Origin: a virus | Length of the DNA: 64,000 nucleotides | Reading direction: 5' to 3' (one strand) | IMG/VR virus record: IMGVR_UViG_3300048997_000130 | Coordinates: 132,677-196,676 of that record | In this document: one piece after another, positions 28,987 to 38,766 of the stretch | How the letters are laid out: each line of letters begins with the position of its first letter | How positions within the stretch are numbered: position 1 is the first letter of the stretch | Translations under genes and position numbers: made by a program | The notes under the pieces: model-generated | The model's input: the letters and a program-made list of their open reading frames with translations, nothing else | Databases searched by the model: none | Told to the model about the DNA's origin: nothing

Positions 28987-29226
28987 TCAAGCTGCTTGAT
29001 TTAATATCGAGTCTTGTTCTTGTTGGAACTGGATATTATCAAATATTAATTGGAACAATTCTTGGCTTATTCGAAGCCGAACGGTGTTTGCGGCATCTTT
29101 AAAAATTAAATCACTATTGATATCATTAGGATCCGCTAATTGGGGTTCGAAATGTTCGATTTCCGAAATTAATGAACTGAGTAAGGAATTTTCGGAACAT
29201 TCGACTATTTCAATGTCCATAATCAA
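28987..29226 (-). CDS. hypothetical protein
   Basis: 79-aa ORF. Confidence 0.55.
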   Translation of the reverse strand: MIMDIEIVECSENSLLSSLISEIEHFEPQLADPNDINSDLIFKDAANTVRLRISQELFQLIFDNIQFQQEQDSILNQAA

Positions 29227-29761
29227 ATCCTAGTAAATATACTTTACCATCTGGTCCAATTTTTTCTATATCAATTGATCCGCAGCAACCTAATTTATAT
29301 TGTCTATAATATCTGCGGATCTGACTAGATTCGCAGGTTGCTGCCACTCGGAAATTATCACAATTAAATTCCTGACTAGATAATTCCTTAAATTCAATGT
29401 TCGCCCATTGCCTGACGTGAGCAGGGACAGAACTTTCCCAATTTTTGAGTTTGGCAATATAACGTTGCCGCTTAATTTCTTCGAGTACTACAATTGACCA
29501 AGAAGCTGCGTCTGGAATAGGTGCCAGACTTAGCCATATTAAAAACAATCGGATTGATTTCCAATATACTGGATCAAGATTACTTGTTTGGAATTGATAT
29601 AAAGATATTTTGGAATTTATATGATGCAGATTCTCGGATTTAATTATCGATCTAATATTACTCGGGTTCTGAATAGAAAGTAATTGGCCGTTGGATTGAA
29701 CGTAAATTTTATGCTGGATTTTCCCTAGTTCGAATTTCAAACAGCACTCGGAACTGGACAC
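29210..29761 (-). CDS. hypothetical phage protein
   Basis: C-terminal GCCGSIDIEKIGPDGKVYLLGFDYGH motif. Confidence 0.65.
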   Translation of the reverse strand: MSSSECCLKFELGKIQHKIYVQSNGQLLSIQNPSNIRSIIKSENLHHINSKISLYQFQTSNLDPVYWKSIRLFLIWLSLAPIPDAASWSIVVLEEIKRQRYIAKLKNWESSVPAHVRQWANIEFKELSSQEFNCDNFRVAATCESSQIRRYYRQYKLGCCGSIDIEKIGPDGKVYLLGFDYGH

Positions 29762-29796
29762 ACTTAATTATACCTGCAGTTATGATTTAATTGACA

Positions 29797-30201
29797 TTAA
29801 TCTCCGAACGAGAAAAACAAAACTTGTTCAGTTTGCGTTGGATCAACTGTTGTGATTATTGATACGTCAGTTAATTTTTCAGATCCAGGAGCTGATGGCG
29901 AAGCGTACATAAATATTCCGCCAGCCGCGAGTTTGAAATTATTAGAACCAGCTCCGTTTATTCGAACTCCTACGTCACTAGACATCTTATTTTGAATGAC
30001 GAGTAGTTTAGTACTGGTAATTGATCCAAAAGGAACACTAAATTCTGTTCCTACCACAGTTCCGCTCGGAATATCTATGATTCCGGATTGTCCGGCATTG
30101 TAAGTCCCGGCTATACCCAAAACTGCAACACCTGAGTTTGATGGGCCTCCAGGAGGAGTATATGCTAATGAGGTATTGGCATTAAAATTGGTGGCAGACA
30201 T
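29797..30201 (-). CDS. possible virion structural protein
   Basis: Gly/Ser/Thr-rich, beta-strand-like composition. Confidence 0.5.
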   Translation of the reverse strand: MSATNFNANTSLAYTPPGGPSNSGVAVLGIAGTYNAGQSGIIDIPSGTVVGTEFSVPFGSITSTKLLVIQNKMSSDVGVRINGAGSNNFKLAAGGIFMYASPSAPGSEKLTDVSIITTVDPTQTEQVLFFSFGD

Positions 30202-30230
30202 TTTATTCTGTGGAGATATTTAAGGTTTAG

Positions 30231-30551
30231 CTATTTAACAGGATTATCATATTCTTCTGGAGGTCTCAACGACGCAATCTTAGCTTTTGCTACTTTTTCA
30301 ACTGCCAATTCTTTAATCGGCTTAATCACTTGTAATGCACTAAGTATTGCTATGCAAATAAGTCCTGAAATTGAAATTAACGCAGCGATTTTAGGTCCGT
30401 TCATTGTCCAAGAAGCCATTGCGGCCAAAGCAATGATGATGCAAACAATCATCATTGCTTTGCTCCATTTTTTGACGGTAGCGTCAGAAGTATCTGCCGC
30501 AAGAGCATCTGCTATATCAGTGTCCCATAAATAATCTTTTTTCTCATTCAT
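30231..30551 (-). CDS. membrane protein (2 TM)
   Basis: AMMIVCIIIALAAMASW; IAALISISGLICIAILSAL. Confidence 0.65.
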   Translation of the reverse strand: MNEKKDYLWDTDIADALAADTSDATVKKWSKAMMIVCIIIALAAMASWTMNGPKIAALISISGLICIAILSALQVIKPIKELAVEKVAKAKIASLRPPEEYDNPVK

Positions 30552-30608
30552 ATCCCGCTCCCGGTTAATCCACCAATTAATTATAATTTTTCTATTTAGG
30601 TAATTATT

Positions 30609-30842
30609 ATGGATAATTCATTACAAGAAGAAAATCAAAGTTCATTACAAGTCTCCGGATATCAAGAACCTGATGATTATCCGACTATTCCATGTAGGCC
30701 TTTTTGGTCGGCATCTTACTCGGAAGAAATTAATGAAGATGAAGGGACATTACCGAAAATCCCTAATGCCATAGAACTTCCGAGATTGGACTGGAATAGT
30801 TCAGATTTCATCGTGACTGAAGATGACGGAGAAATTGATTAG
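30609..30842 (+). CDS. small acidic protein
   Basis: 77 aa, D/E-rich. Confidence 0.55.
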   Translation: MDNSLQEENQSSLQVSGYQEPDDYPTIPCRPFWSASYSEEINEDEGTLPKIPNAIELPRLDWNSSDFIVTEDDGEID

Positions 30843-30861
30843 ATGACTGTATGGTTAATTC

Positions 30862-31290
30862 ATGCGGAAGAGTCTGGCTTCCAATCGAACATATGGATAT
30901 GAAGCAATCATGATCGCTGCTTATTCATGGTGGTCATCTGTAAATCCTTTAGTTTTAGACATCATTGATACGACGGATTTAAAAACTAATTCATTAAGCC
31001 GAGTCAATGATGCTCTTGGACGAGATTTTGACGAGATTTTATGTTTATATGATAGAATAGCCAAATTTTGGACCGATGTTCGGAATATTCCTGCTCTTAA
31101 ATATATGATTGAAGAGGCTGTTCGGGATTGGAAAGTTCCAGAGCCCGGGTTCCGTGTTCCTAAAGCTAAAAATTTTTTGTCGAATTTAGTGTTTGAAGAA
31201 GCCGGTCAAAAATTGAAAGATTCTAGGCTCATTGACCAATATTTAGTTCAGCAGAAAAAGAATCGTAAATCATCAAATATCTCGATGTAA
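30862..31290 (+). CDS. hypothetical protein
   Basis: 142-aa ORF. Confidence 0.65.
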   Translation: MRKSLASNRTYGYEAIMIAAYSWWSSVNPLVLDIIDTTDLKTNSLSRVNDALGRDFDEILCLYDRIAKFWTDVRNIPALKYMIEEAVRDWKVPEPGFRVPKAKNFLSNLVFEEAGQKLKDSRLIDQYLVQQKKNRKSSNISM

Positions 31291-31298
31291 TTTCAAAA

Positions 31299-32054
31299 AT
31301 GGGCTCAGATATTGAGGAATTTACATTTGATTATGAAGCTGCAAAGTCAGGGAATCCTATTACTCCGATTAGAGAGTATGACGAATTTGTCACATGGAGC
31401 AAACATAAAATAAAAAAATCGATAATTGAAGATCAATGGCAATATTTGAGCCATTCGTTTTTCCAATTGTTCGAGAATCAATTTCGTGTGAATTTTAATC
31501 TTAAAAAAGTTGAATTCAATGATGATAAGACGCGTGTGATAGGGACTGTGCATATAACGATTCAATCTATTGCTCAGTTATTTACATTCGATATGGTATT
31601 ATTTTGTAATGCTGGGATGCTAGCATCCCAAATATATCTTAATAATGCACCAATTTTATTTCGTAAGGTTTTGCAAACCACTATTTATCTACAATATCTA
31701 TCTAAAATCGATGCAATGATTGATTTCCAAGGTATTCCGAACATCAAAATTGTACATGTTGTTTCGGACGAAGGAAATTCTGAACAATCCGTTATTATTC
31801 AGAATATCTTTAAGAATATTGTTCGGTATGATAATGAAGGAATTTGGTCCAGGCATTTAAATGACTGGACGTCCCAATTTATGAATTGGATAAACAATCA
31901 ATATGTAGATGAGTATAAAGCCCGTATCTATAAATTCGGAAGAAAAATCTTGCTTCGGAATTTGAGGCCTATCGTATCCGCTTGTAAATTGTCTCGTGAA
32001 GATATTCATAATATTATCGATGAATTCTATATCCAAGACGTCATGAAATCGTAG
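31299..32054 (+). CDS. hypothetical protein, tag family
   Basis: Ends IIDEFYIQDVMKS. Confidence 0.72.
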   Translation: MGSDIEEFTFDYEAAKSGNPITPIREYDEFVTWSKHKIKKSIIEDQWQYLSHSFFQLFENQFRVNFNLKKVEFNDDKTRVIGTVHITIQSIAQLFTFDMVLFCNAGMLASQIYLNNAPILFRKVLQTTIYLQYLSKIDAMIDFQGIPNIKIVHVVSDEGNSEQSVIIQNIFKNIVRYDNEGIWSRHLNDWTSQFMNWINNQYVDEYKARIYKFGRKILLRNLRPIVSACKLSREDIHNIIDEFYIQDVMKS

Positions 32055-32100
32055 TTCTTATAATATTCCGTAAATGTTTGAATGAATTTTTTAATGTGGT

Positions 32101-33294
32101 TTGAAGGAGATACTGAATAAAATGGCTTTGTTGAATGGCGTTCCCGAATGTGATCAAGAGACTTTGCAAACCCTAATGCGTTTTTCGATTGTTGGCGGTA
32201 CCAACCTCATGGTTTTTGGTTCGGCCGGCATTGGGAAGACCGAAATGGGATTCCAATCCTGCGCATCCAATATTCGTCCGGTTGAACTTGGTGAAATTGA
32301 GAACCAAGGTAAAGATGATGGTAAGGGTGCATATGATTATATCTATTTGAATTTGTCAGTGCTTGAAGCTCCCGATTTGATGGGTCTTCCAAGGCTCACT
32401 GAAGACGGTAAAAAGTCCACTTATGCTTTGCCTGAAAAATTCCCGTTGTTCGGGGAAGATAGACCAAAAGTGCTTATCGTGGACGAACTCGATAAGGCGA
32501 AGCCTGAACTCCAGAATCCGATGCTCGAACTTTTCCAGTTCCGTTCTGTCAATGGCACCCGATTGAATATTCAATCGGTAATTGCAACTGGCAATTTGCC
32601 GGATGAAAACGCATTCAGTCAGCCGTTGTCCCACGCACTGATGAATCGCTGCATGGTGTATAGGGTGACGCATTCATTCGATGCATGGCAAAAATGGGCA
32701 GCAGGCAAGGTGCATCCGCTCATTGTTGGATTTCTGTCGCGCAATACAGACTATCTACTCAAGAAGGCTCCGTCTGGAGACGACACTGCATATTGTCATC
32801 CTAGTCCTCGTTCTTGGACTTTGGCTGGTCAAGACTTGGATATGGCATCAGCTGTAGCACCTGTGGAGTTCCAATCTTTGTTGGTTTCTGGCCGAGTTGG
32901 ACAGGAAGCATCTGTCAAGTTTCGAGTATGGCTGGATCATTATCGTCATATTTCTCCAGTCATCGACTCAATTGTCCGCGACGGAAAAATCCCGTCGTCT
33001 GATCAACTCAATTCTATCGATAGGATTTTCGTATGTGCAATTGCTGGATCGGATGCTATTATGGAAGCATGTCGCAAGGCTGGCTCTGCCAAGAATCAAT
33101 CCGCAGCACATCAAGAAGTCCATAAGGTGACGGACAACGTCATGCGCTGGATGGGAACGCTTCCATCAGAGATCGCCATTGGATCGGTCAAGTCTGTGCT
33201 CAATATGGATATGATAACCAAATATCAACTTATGAAGGTCAAGTCGTTCATGGACGTCTATCTCAAGATCCGCAAGGCGATGAATAAAGAATAA
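32101..33294 (+). CDS. MoxR-like AAA+ ATPase
   Basis: Walker A GSAGIGKT, Walker B LIVDELDKA, VIATGN, ALMNR, SPRSW. Confidence 0.88.
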   Translation: MKEILNKMALLNGVPECDQETLQTLMRFSIVGGTNLMVFGSAGIGKTEMGFQSCASNIRPVELGEIENQGKDDGKGAYDYIYLNLSVLEAPDLMGLPRLTEDGKKSTYALPEKFPLFGEDRPKVLIVDELDKAKPELQNPMLELFQFRSVNGTRLNIQSVIATGNLPDENAFSQPLSHALMNRCMVYRVTHSFDAWQKWAAGKVHPLIVGFLSRNTDYLLKKAPSGDDTAYCHPSPRSWTLAGQDLDMASAVAPVEFQSLLVSGRVGQEASVKFRVWLDHYRHISPVIDSIVRDGKIPSSDQLNSIDRIFVCAIAGSDAIMEACRKAGSAKNQSAAHQEVHKVTDNVMRWMGTLPSEIAIGSVKSVLNMDMITKYQLMKVKSFMDVYLKIRKAMNKE

Positions 33295-33298
33295 ATCG

Positions 33299-33871
33299 AT
33301 GGCTATCAAAAAGACCGTCAAACGCAGGACCGTTATTGTTGATTTGGATATTTTCAACGAAATATTAAGGGCTTTCGGACAGGCTCCTGTGAATCCACAA
33401 TTTGAAGCCCAATATGTGGTAGATGATAGATCGAGCTTTGGCCAGAATCTTCGAAATTTGGCCATAGATTTGCGAAAATTTCGGATCGAATTGAATTCAA
33501 AACTTCAAATTTGGGCTTATGATTTTTCTCCATTATCTATTGAGTCTATTGCACACATCATTAATGCAACCTCGCAAATACGAGAGCCTCCATCATTCGA
33601 AAAATTAGTGACTGACATATTTGCTCGTCTTAAGGGATTTGGTCAAATGATTCCTGCCGTTCGACTTGAATCATATCATGATCAATTTAAAGCAACTCTT
33701 ATGGGTAATAAAGTAAAGCAACTTATGCCTCTTCCACCCAGAATGGGCGGCGGATATAGGGACGCTGATACAGAATCCGATTCCGAATATGTAGATATGG
33801 ATTCTACATATGGTGATTCTATTACGAACGCATTAACTAAATTGAAATTGCCAATAGAATCTTCCAAGTGA
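33299..33871 (+). CDS. hypothetical protein
   Basis: 190-aa ORF. Confidence 0.68.
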   Translation: MAIKKTVKRRTVIVDLDIFNEILRAFGQAPVNPQFEAQYVVDDRSSFGQNLRNLAIDLRKFRIELNSKLQIWAYDFSPLSIESIAHIINATSQIREPPSFEKLVTDIFARLKGFGQMIPAVRLESYHDQFKATLMGNKVKQLMPLPPRMGGGYRDADTESDSEYVDMDSTYGDSITNALTKLKLPIESSK

Positions 33872-33895
33872 TACTACGAATCTAGGAGTGGACTA

Positions 33896-34225
33896 ATGAT
33901 ATTTATGGTTGATACTGGAAATCACGTGTCGGTAATTACCGCAGAGACGTCCGATAAGGCTTTAGAGAGTCTTAAGGAGATTTTTCCGGCATTGCTTCAT
34001 CGTGGATATACTATTAAACCCGTGCAATATGCTCAATATGAAACCAAAATATTTGATTCTAAAGATAGCGTTGAATATAAACAACTTGTTCAAAAATTGT
34101 CTGATGTGAATGATGAAAATATAACGCTTCGAGCCCAAGTATCCACGATCCAGTTCCAATTGGAGAAAATTCGAAACATTGTTAATGCTGGACCCGATTT
34201 ATTCGTTACGGCGAATCAAAGTTAA
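33896..34225 (+). CDS. hypothetical protein with coiled coil
   Basis: GGAG SD upstream; heptad-like C-terminus. Confidence 0.62.
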   Translation: MIFMVDTGNHVSVITAETSDKALESLKEIFPALLHRGYTIKPVQYAQYETKIFDSKDSVEYKQLVQKLSDVNDENITLRAQVSTIQFQLEKIRNIVNAGPDLFVTANQS

Positions 34226-34415
34226 TTTGAACTTACGTAGTTTGCAACAAAGCATTGACATTAATGCTCTGGATATAGATAATTTGAATTCATATCTGGT
34301 TCGACTGCAGCGTCGATTGAACTGGTTACAATTCGTTCTGTTTATTGTTGTGATGTTGATTATTGGATTTGCAACTATCTCAATCATCTGTCATATATGT
34401 CCATCCAATATGTAA
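34179..34415 (+). CDS. small membrane-anchored protein
   Basis: C-terminal hydrophobic helix FVLFIVVMLIIGFATISII. Confidence 0.5.
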   Translation: MLMLDPIYSLRRIKVNLNLRSLQQSIDINALDIDNLNSYLVRLQRRLNWLQFVLFIVVMLIIGFATISIICHICPSNM

Positions 34416-34900
34416 TCGGTGACGCTACTCATCCTATTGGGACTGGAATTCGAATCATTGCGCACGTCGTCAATCATTTGGGCGGATGGGGTAAAGGATT
34501 CGTTTTATCACTTTCGCAACGCTGGCCGGAACCTGAAGCCAAATATCGAGATTGGCACAGAACCGGCAAAGCCAAATGTGGAAGTTTCTTGTTCGGAAAT
34601 GTGCAATTCGTCTCAGTTCAACATCATCTTAATTCGAACGGTTTGATTGTTGCCAATATGTTGGCTCAATATGGATATTATAATCAGTATAAACCATATA
34701 TTATTCCGCTCCGTTATGATGCTTTGAAAGCATGTCTTTCCAAAGTATCAATATTTGCTCGTGTTAATCAAGCGAGCGTACATATGGGTCGAATCGGATG
34801 CGGACTCGGTGGAGGCAAATGGGAACTTGTTGAGCCCATTATTCAATCTGAACTCATTGAACAGCAAGTTCCGGTAATCATATATGATTTGCCTCAATAA
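34397..34900 (+). CDS. macrodomain (Appr-1-p processing / ADP-ribosyl glycohydrolase, DarG/Poa1-like)
   Basis: YVIGDAT, IAHVVNHLGGWGKGF, RIGCGLGGGKWELV motifs. Confidence 0.85.
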   Translation: MSIQYVIGDATHPIGTGIRIIAHVVNHLGGWGKGFVLSLSQRWPEPEAKYRDWHRTGKAKCGSFLFGNVQFVSVQHHLNSNGLIVANMLAQYGYYNQYKPYIIPLRYDALKACLSKVSIFARVNQASVHMGRIGCGLGGGKWELVEPIIQSELIEQQVPVIIYDLPQ

Positions 34901-34939
34901 GACTTAGGACTGAGTGTAATTTTAGGAAAAGGAATTCAA

Positions 34940-35467
34940 ATGAAAACGACTAAAGAATGGTGGCAAGAGACTCGCGATGATTCAACGAAACTGCATGCAT
35001 GGCTCCGGCGACAGTATGTTGGGGAACTCGCAGCTGTAAATCTACTGTCTGAATTGCTCATCCGATTTGGTTCAGAAATGACCAATCAACAATGGGGTAA
35101 TATTTATAAAATTATGCAGCAAGAAGCTCTGCATGGTAGTTGGATGAAGGATTTACTAGATGTTCGTGGCATAAAACCTGAACCGAATGCGTCAGCTACG
35201 CGTAGATATTGGAATGAAGTATTGCCGGCTGTCAATTCATTTGCAAAGGCTGTTGCTGCCGCGTTCCATGCGGAACACATGAGACTTGCGAGAATACGCG
35301 AAATTGCAGATGATAATCAAGCCCCGGCGGATATTCGCGCTGCGTTCCAACGTATCTTGCCGCACGAGGAATGGCACGAACTTGCATTTTCAGAAATGAA
35401 AGGCGATGTCACTCTCACAGAATCCCATGAGAAGGGACTCCAAGCACTCAATTTGGTGATGGTTTAA
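34940..35467 (+). CDS. ferritin-like di-iron protein
   Basis: YVGELAA, QEALHG, HAEH and HEEWH spaced as in four-helix ExxH carboxylate-bridged folds. Confidence 0.7.
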   Translation: MKTTKEWWQETRDDSTKLHAWLRRQYVGELAAVNLLSELLIRFGSEMTNQQWGNIYKIMQQEALHGSWMKDLLDVRGIKPEPNASATRRYWNEVLPAVNSFAKAVAAAFHAEHMRLARIREIADDNQAPADIRAAFQRILPHEEWHELAFSEMKGDVTLTESHEKGLQALNLVMV

Positions 35468-35476
35468 TATTTATCT

Positions 35477-36100
35477 ATGACTCGATTGCTTGCATTACTA
35501 GATAATCCCAATTCTAGATCATTCGGAATGGTTCCCATCGTAGTATCGATGAATGATGAACTGCGTGTGCTTGGCTTATCTCAAGCGTCCAAACATCGTG
35601 CTCATAAATTGGATATTGAACAACTTCATAAATTGATTCGCGCAAATCATGCTAGGCATTTGGATTTGGATGGAATCCCAGACAACTTGTCTGACGACAC
35701 AGTAGCATTGTGGCTCGGTTCGTTATTTCTTATGTCAGCGGAAAATATTGATTTGGTTCCAGAACCAATTCCTGAATCTGGAGTCGGATTCCGAGTATTC
35801 GGTGGATATGTGCTATTAAGATCGGCCAAAGAATCTTACGAATTATTGGAAAATTGGATCATATGGGCCTTCCGTAGATTCAATTTTGAAAGGAACATTT
35901 TTACTAAAACCATCATCGCGGGTCTCATGAATTGGACTCTTCCGAACAGACCGGAAACTTTGGCTGCACTTTGGGCAACTTCTAACGATCCTAGTAAGGA
36001 ATTATCCCATCAAATTAGGGTTTTTGCCCAAGATCAATCAAAAGATGAACTTTTAGAATCACATATGAATTTGCTTGCATCCGCTGATTATAATTTTTAA
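35477..36100 (+). CDS. hypothetical protein
   Basis: 207-aa ORF. Confidence 0.68.
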   Translation: MTRLLALLDNPNSRSFGMVPIVVSMNDELRVLGLSQASKHRAHKLDIEQLHKLIRANHARHLDLDGIPDNLSDDTVALWLGSLFLMSAENIDLVPEPIPESGVGFRVFGGYVLLRSAKESYELLENWIIWAFRRFNFERNIFTKTIIAGLMNWTLPNRPETLAALWATSNDPSKELSHQIRVFAQDQSKDELLESHMNLLASADYNF

Positions 36101-36134
36101 AATCATAACTAAATGATAAGAGGGAGGAATTAAG

Positions 36135-36518
36135 ATGGATTATGTAACATTTTTGACTAAGATTATAGAAGAAGGGACTAATGCGGTTCGCCGTTCATAT
36201 ATCGGGCAACCGATGAAACTGGAAGGTTCTTTACAAGGCTTTGAAATTTGCCGTGATAAATCTCCAAATGAGATAGCTTCTTTGTTGGAAAAAGCCCGGA
36301 AAAACACCAAAGAAGCCCGACATGATATATCTCCTGCATATTGGAAGGTTCGACATATTGAACTCCAAATTGAATGGGTCGCCAATTGTATTAGTGCAGC
36401 ATATTTCCAATCTAATATTAATCAGATTGTTCGGCCGACTGCAAGAGCTTATATGAGAGTGGCTTCTATTTTAGGAACATCTGCGATAAATTCATCCGGA
36501 TACGATCTTACTAATTGA
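36135..36518 (+). CDS. hypothetical protein
   Basis: GGAGG SD upstream; 127 aa. Confidence 0.7.
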   Translation: MDYVTFLTKIIEEGTNAVRRSYIGQPMKLEGSLQGFEICRDKSPNEIASLLEKARKNTKEARHDISPAYWKVRHIELQIEWVANCISAAYFQSNINQIVRPTARAYMRVASILGTSAINSSGYDLTN

Positions 36519-36600
36519 TGCATCTCGCCAGAACATCTATTCGGAAATGTACCATCCGATTTTTTAATTGAGAGTGCAATTCCATCCCGAGATAAAATAA

Positions 36601-38154
36601 ATGACTAACTTTGGTGCCCGTCTAGTTGATCCTAATAATCTGGTAAGTTCAGCCAAACTTCGGGAACTCAATACGAAGATTTCAGATTGTTTGACTAGGC
36701 TATATCGCAAACCCGATAACGGTGGGAATCCTTTTCTATTCAGTTATTCGGCTCCTAAGCCTCATATTTTGGCGGCTGATAAGAAACTTGCGAAACATAT
36801 CAAAGATACCGAAGGTCGTGAAGTCTCGGCTACTATGCCGGTTCCGACTGCTGCCACTGATGGTCATAGCTATTATTGGCATCCAGAATTCTTGGAAAAA
36901 TTGCTTATGGATGAAGTCTCGGTTGTCATGGGACATGAAAGTTACCATATTATTTTGTTTCATCCAGAACGCATGCGTTTTGCTATGAAGCGTATCGCCA
37001 ATATTGCATTCGATTATGTTGTCAACGCTTTACTCGAGAAAGATCATGTTGACACTCATCGCAAAGGTAAACTCTGGGGAGGTAATCTTGGGAAACCGCT
37101 TCTTCTAAAAGATTTCCTAGATCATATTGACGGGATAACGGACGTGTTCAAAGTCCCGACGGACAATGGACTAGAAGTGCCGATATCGAAAGATGAAGCT
37201 CGGATTTTTGTTGACATTAGCCTGTTTGGACGATCGCCTGAATCGATTTATGACGAAATCATGCGGCATTGGGAGAAGAGTCCTCGAAAATGCTCTGAAT
37301 GCGGTTCTTTGACTCTAAATCCTCAGACTCGCAAACCTTATCCGCCCGGTCCGTGTACCGATCGCCCAGATTGCTTGCATGGTGGACTATGTTGTCCTGG
37401 ATGTGGCCGACAATTAAATCCATCTTGCAATGATGGATCTTGCAATGATGGAATCCCATTTCCATTGGACAGTCACATTGACGCCAAGATGAATAAACAA
37501 GAAATCCAAGCGGACGTTGTACGAGCGGCTCAAATGACGCAGTCAATGCGTGGCACTGTTCCAGGAGCTATTTCCGAATATTTGGGCGAACTCGAGAATC
37601 CGACGCTCAAATTTACTGATTTGGTACGTAGTGCTTGTCTCCGAAAAGCACAAGAATCGGGCATGCAGAATGATTGGAAGAGGTTCCGACGCCGACTAAT
37701 TGTTGCCAATCCCCGGCAGTATTTGCCTCGTCGTCACAACCATAAGCCGCGCTGGCTGTGTATGTTGGATACTTCAGGATCTATGAATGATGATGATCTG
37801 ACGTACGCAGTATCTCAGATGCAAGTAATCAGCAACGGGCTTGATGGATATATCGTGCCTGTTGATGCTGAACCACATTGGGATTCGGTCACGCATGTGA
37901 AAAATGCTGTTGATTTGCGCCGGACTAAAATCACTGGTCGTGGAGGAACAGTTTTCGATGATTTCTTTAAAGAATTCCCGAAAAAGCTTGGCATGGATTT
38001 CGATTGTTTGATAATCTGCACCGACGGAGATTTTGGAATCATTCCAAATAATCTACGCCCGCCCATGGATTGTGTTTGGGTTTGTACTCGTCCAGTAAAA
38101 GAAGTCGTAGTCCCGTTTGGACGAGTAGCTCCGCTTCGACATGAGAGGGTATAA
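36601..38154 (+). CDS. DUF2201-type metallopeptidase/VWA protein (MoxR partner)
   Basis: PTAATDG, GHESYH (HExxH), MIDAS-like MLDTSGSM, GRGGTVF, IICTDG; Cys-rich insert. Confidence 0.85.
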   Translation: MTNFGARLVDPNNLVSSAKLRELNTKISDCLTRLYRKPDNGGNPFLFSYSAPKPHILAADKKLAKHIKDTEGREVSATMPVPTAATDGHSYYWHPEFLEKLLMDEVSVVMGHESYHIILFHPERMRFAMKRIANIAFDYVVNALLEKDHVDTHRKGKLWGGNLGKPLLLKDFLDHIDGITDVFKVPTDNGLEVPISKDEARIFVDISLFGRSPESIYDEIMRHWEKSPRKCSECGSLTLNPQTRKPYPPGPCTDRPDCLHGGLCCPGCGRQLNPSCNDGSCNDGIPFPLDSHIDAKMNKQEIQADVVRAAQMTQSMRGTVPGAISEYLGELENPTLKFTDLVRSACLRKAQESGMQNDWKRFRRRLIVANPRQYLPRRHNHKPRWLCMLDTSGSMNDDDLTYAVSQMQVISNGLDGYIVPVDAEPHWDSVTHVKNAVDLRRTKITGRGGTVFDDFFKEFPKKLGMDFDCLIICTDGDFGIIPNNLRPPMDCVWVCTRPVKEVVVPFGRVAPLRHERV

Positions 38155-38483
38155 TGATTCACAGCGTTGCATATCTTTTCTTTATTTTGCTGTTGAATTA
38201 TGTCATAATATATCTCATACGTCGTATTCAGGATTTATTGGTTATTCATGATTGGATTTCCGACAATCCAGCATTTATGTATTCAATATATGTTTTAGCT
38301 AGAGCCAGTTGCGTTGGTCATGTAACCATTTCTGATATATCTGCTAGCATGATTGCAATTGAAAAACATACATTCTTACCGCATAATAAATTATTTTCAT
38401 TCAAAAGAAATAGCATGATTTTAAGCTATATACTTGAAATGACAAAATCATATGATAAAACCCGGCGAACCACCTGTTGCTAG
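38154..38483 (+). CDS. hypothetical membrane-anchored protein
   Basis: N-terminal hydrophobic helix; TAATG coupling to the VWA gene. Confidence 0.5.
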   Translation: MIHSVAYLFFILLLNYVIIYLIRRIQDLLVIHDWISDNPAFMYSIYVLARASCVGHVTISDISASMIAIEKHTFLPHNKLFSFKRNSMILSYILEMTKSYDKTRRTTCC

Positions 38484-38766
38484 CGATGCGACTAATGCTC
38501 AGTTAAAAAACTCGGAAGTCGAAGAAGACTACGCTGTAGTTGATCTGGGCGATACTGTTGTATATTCTTTAATTCATGACGCCCGACATAATCGACGATT
38601 TACAGGACTTCAAGAATCTAAATCACGTTCCAAGCGTTATGCATTGAAACTTATGTCGGCAATCCAGCCGAATGATAGAATAGTTAGTGCTCCGCTCCGG
38701 AAGTCAGAAGCGTCAACCATGGTTGACGTTCTTAATAATGTTATCCGCGAAGTCATGGAAACTTAA
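38452..38766 (+). CDS. hypothetical protein, tag family
   Basis: Ends NVIREVMET. Confidence 0.65.
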   Translation: MIKPGEPPVASDATNAQLKNSEVEEDYAVVDLGDTVVYSLIHDARHNRRFTGLQESKSRSKRYALKLMSAIQPNDRIVSAPLRKSEASTMVDVLNNVIREVMET

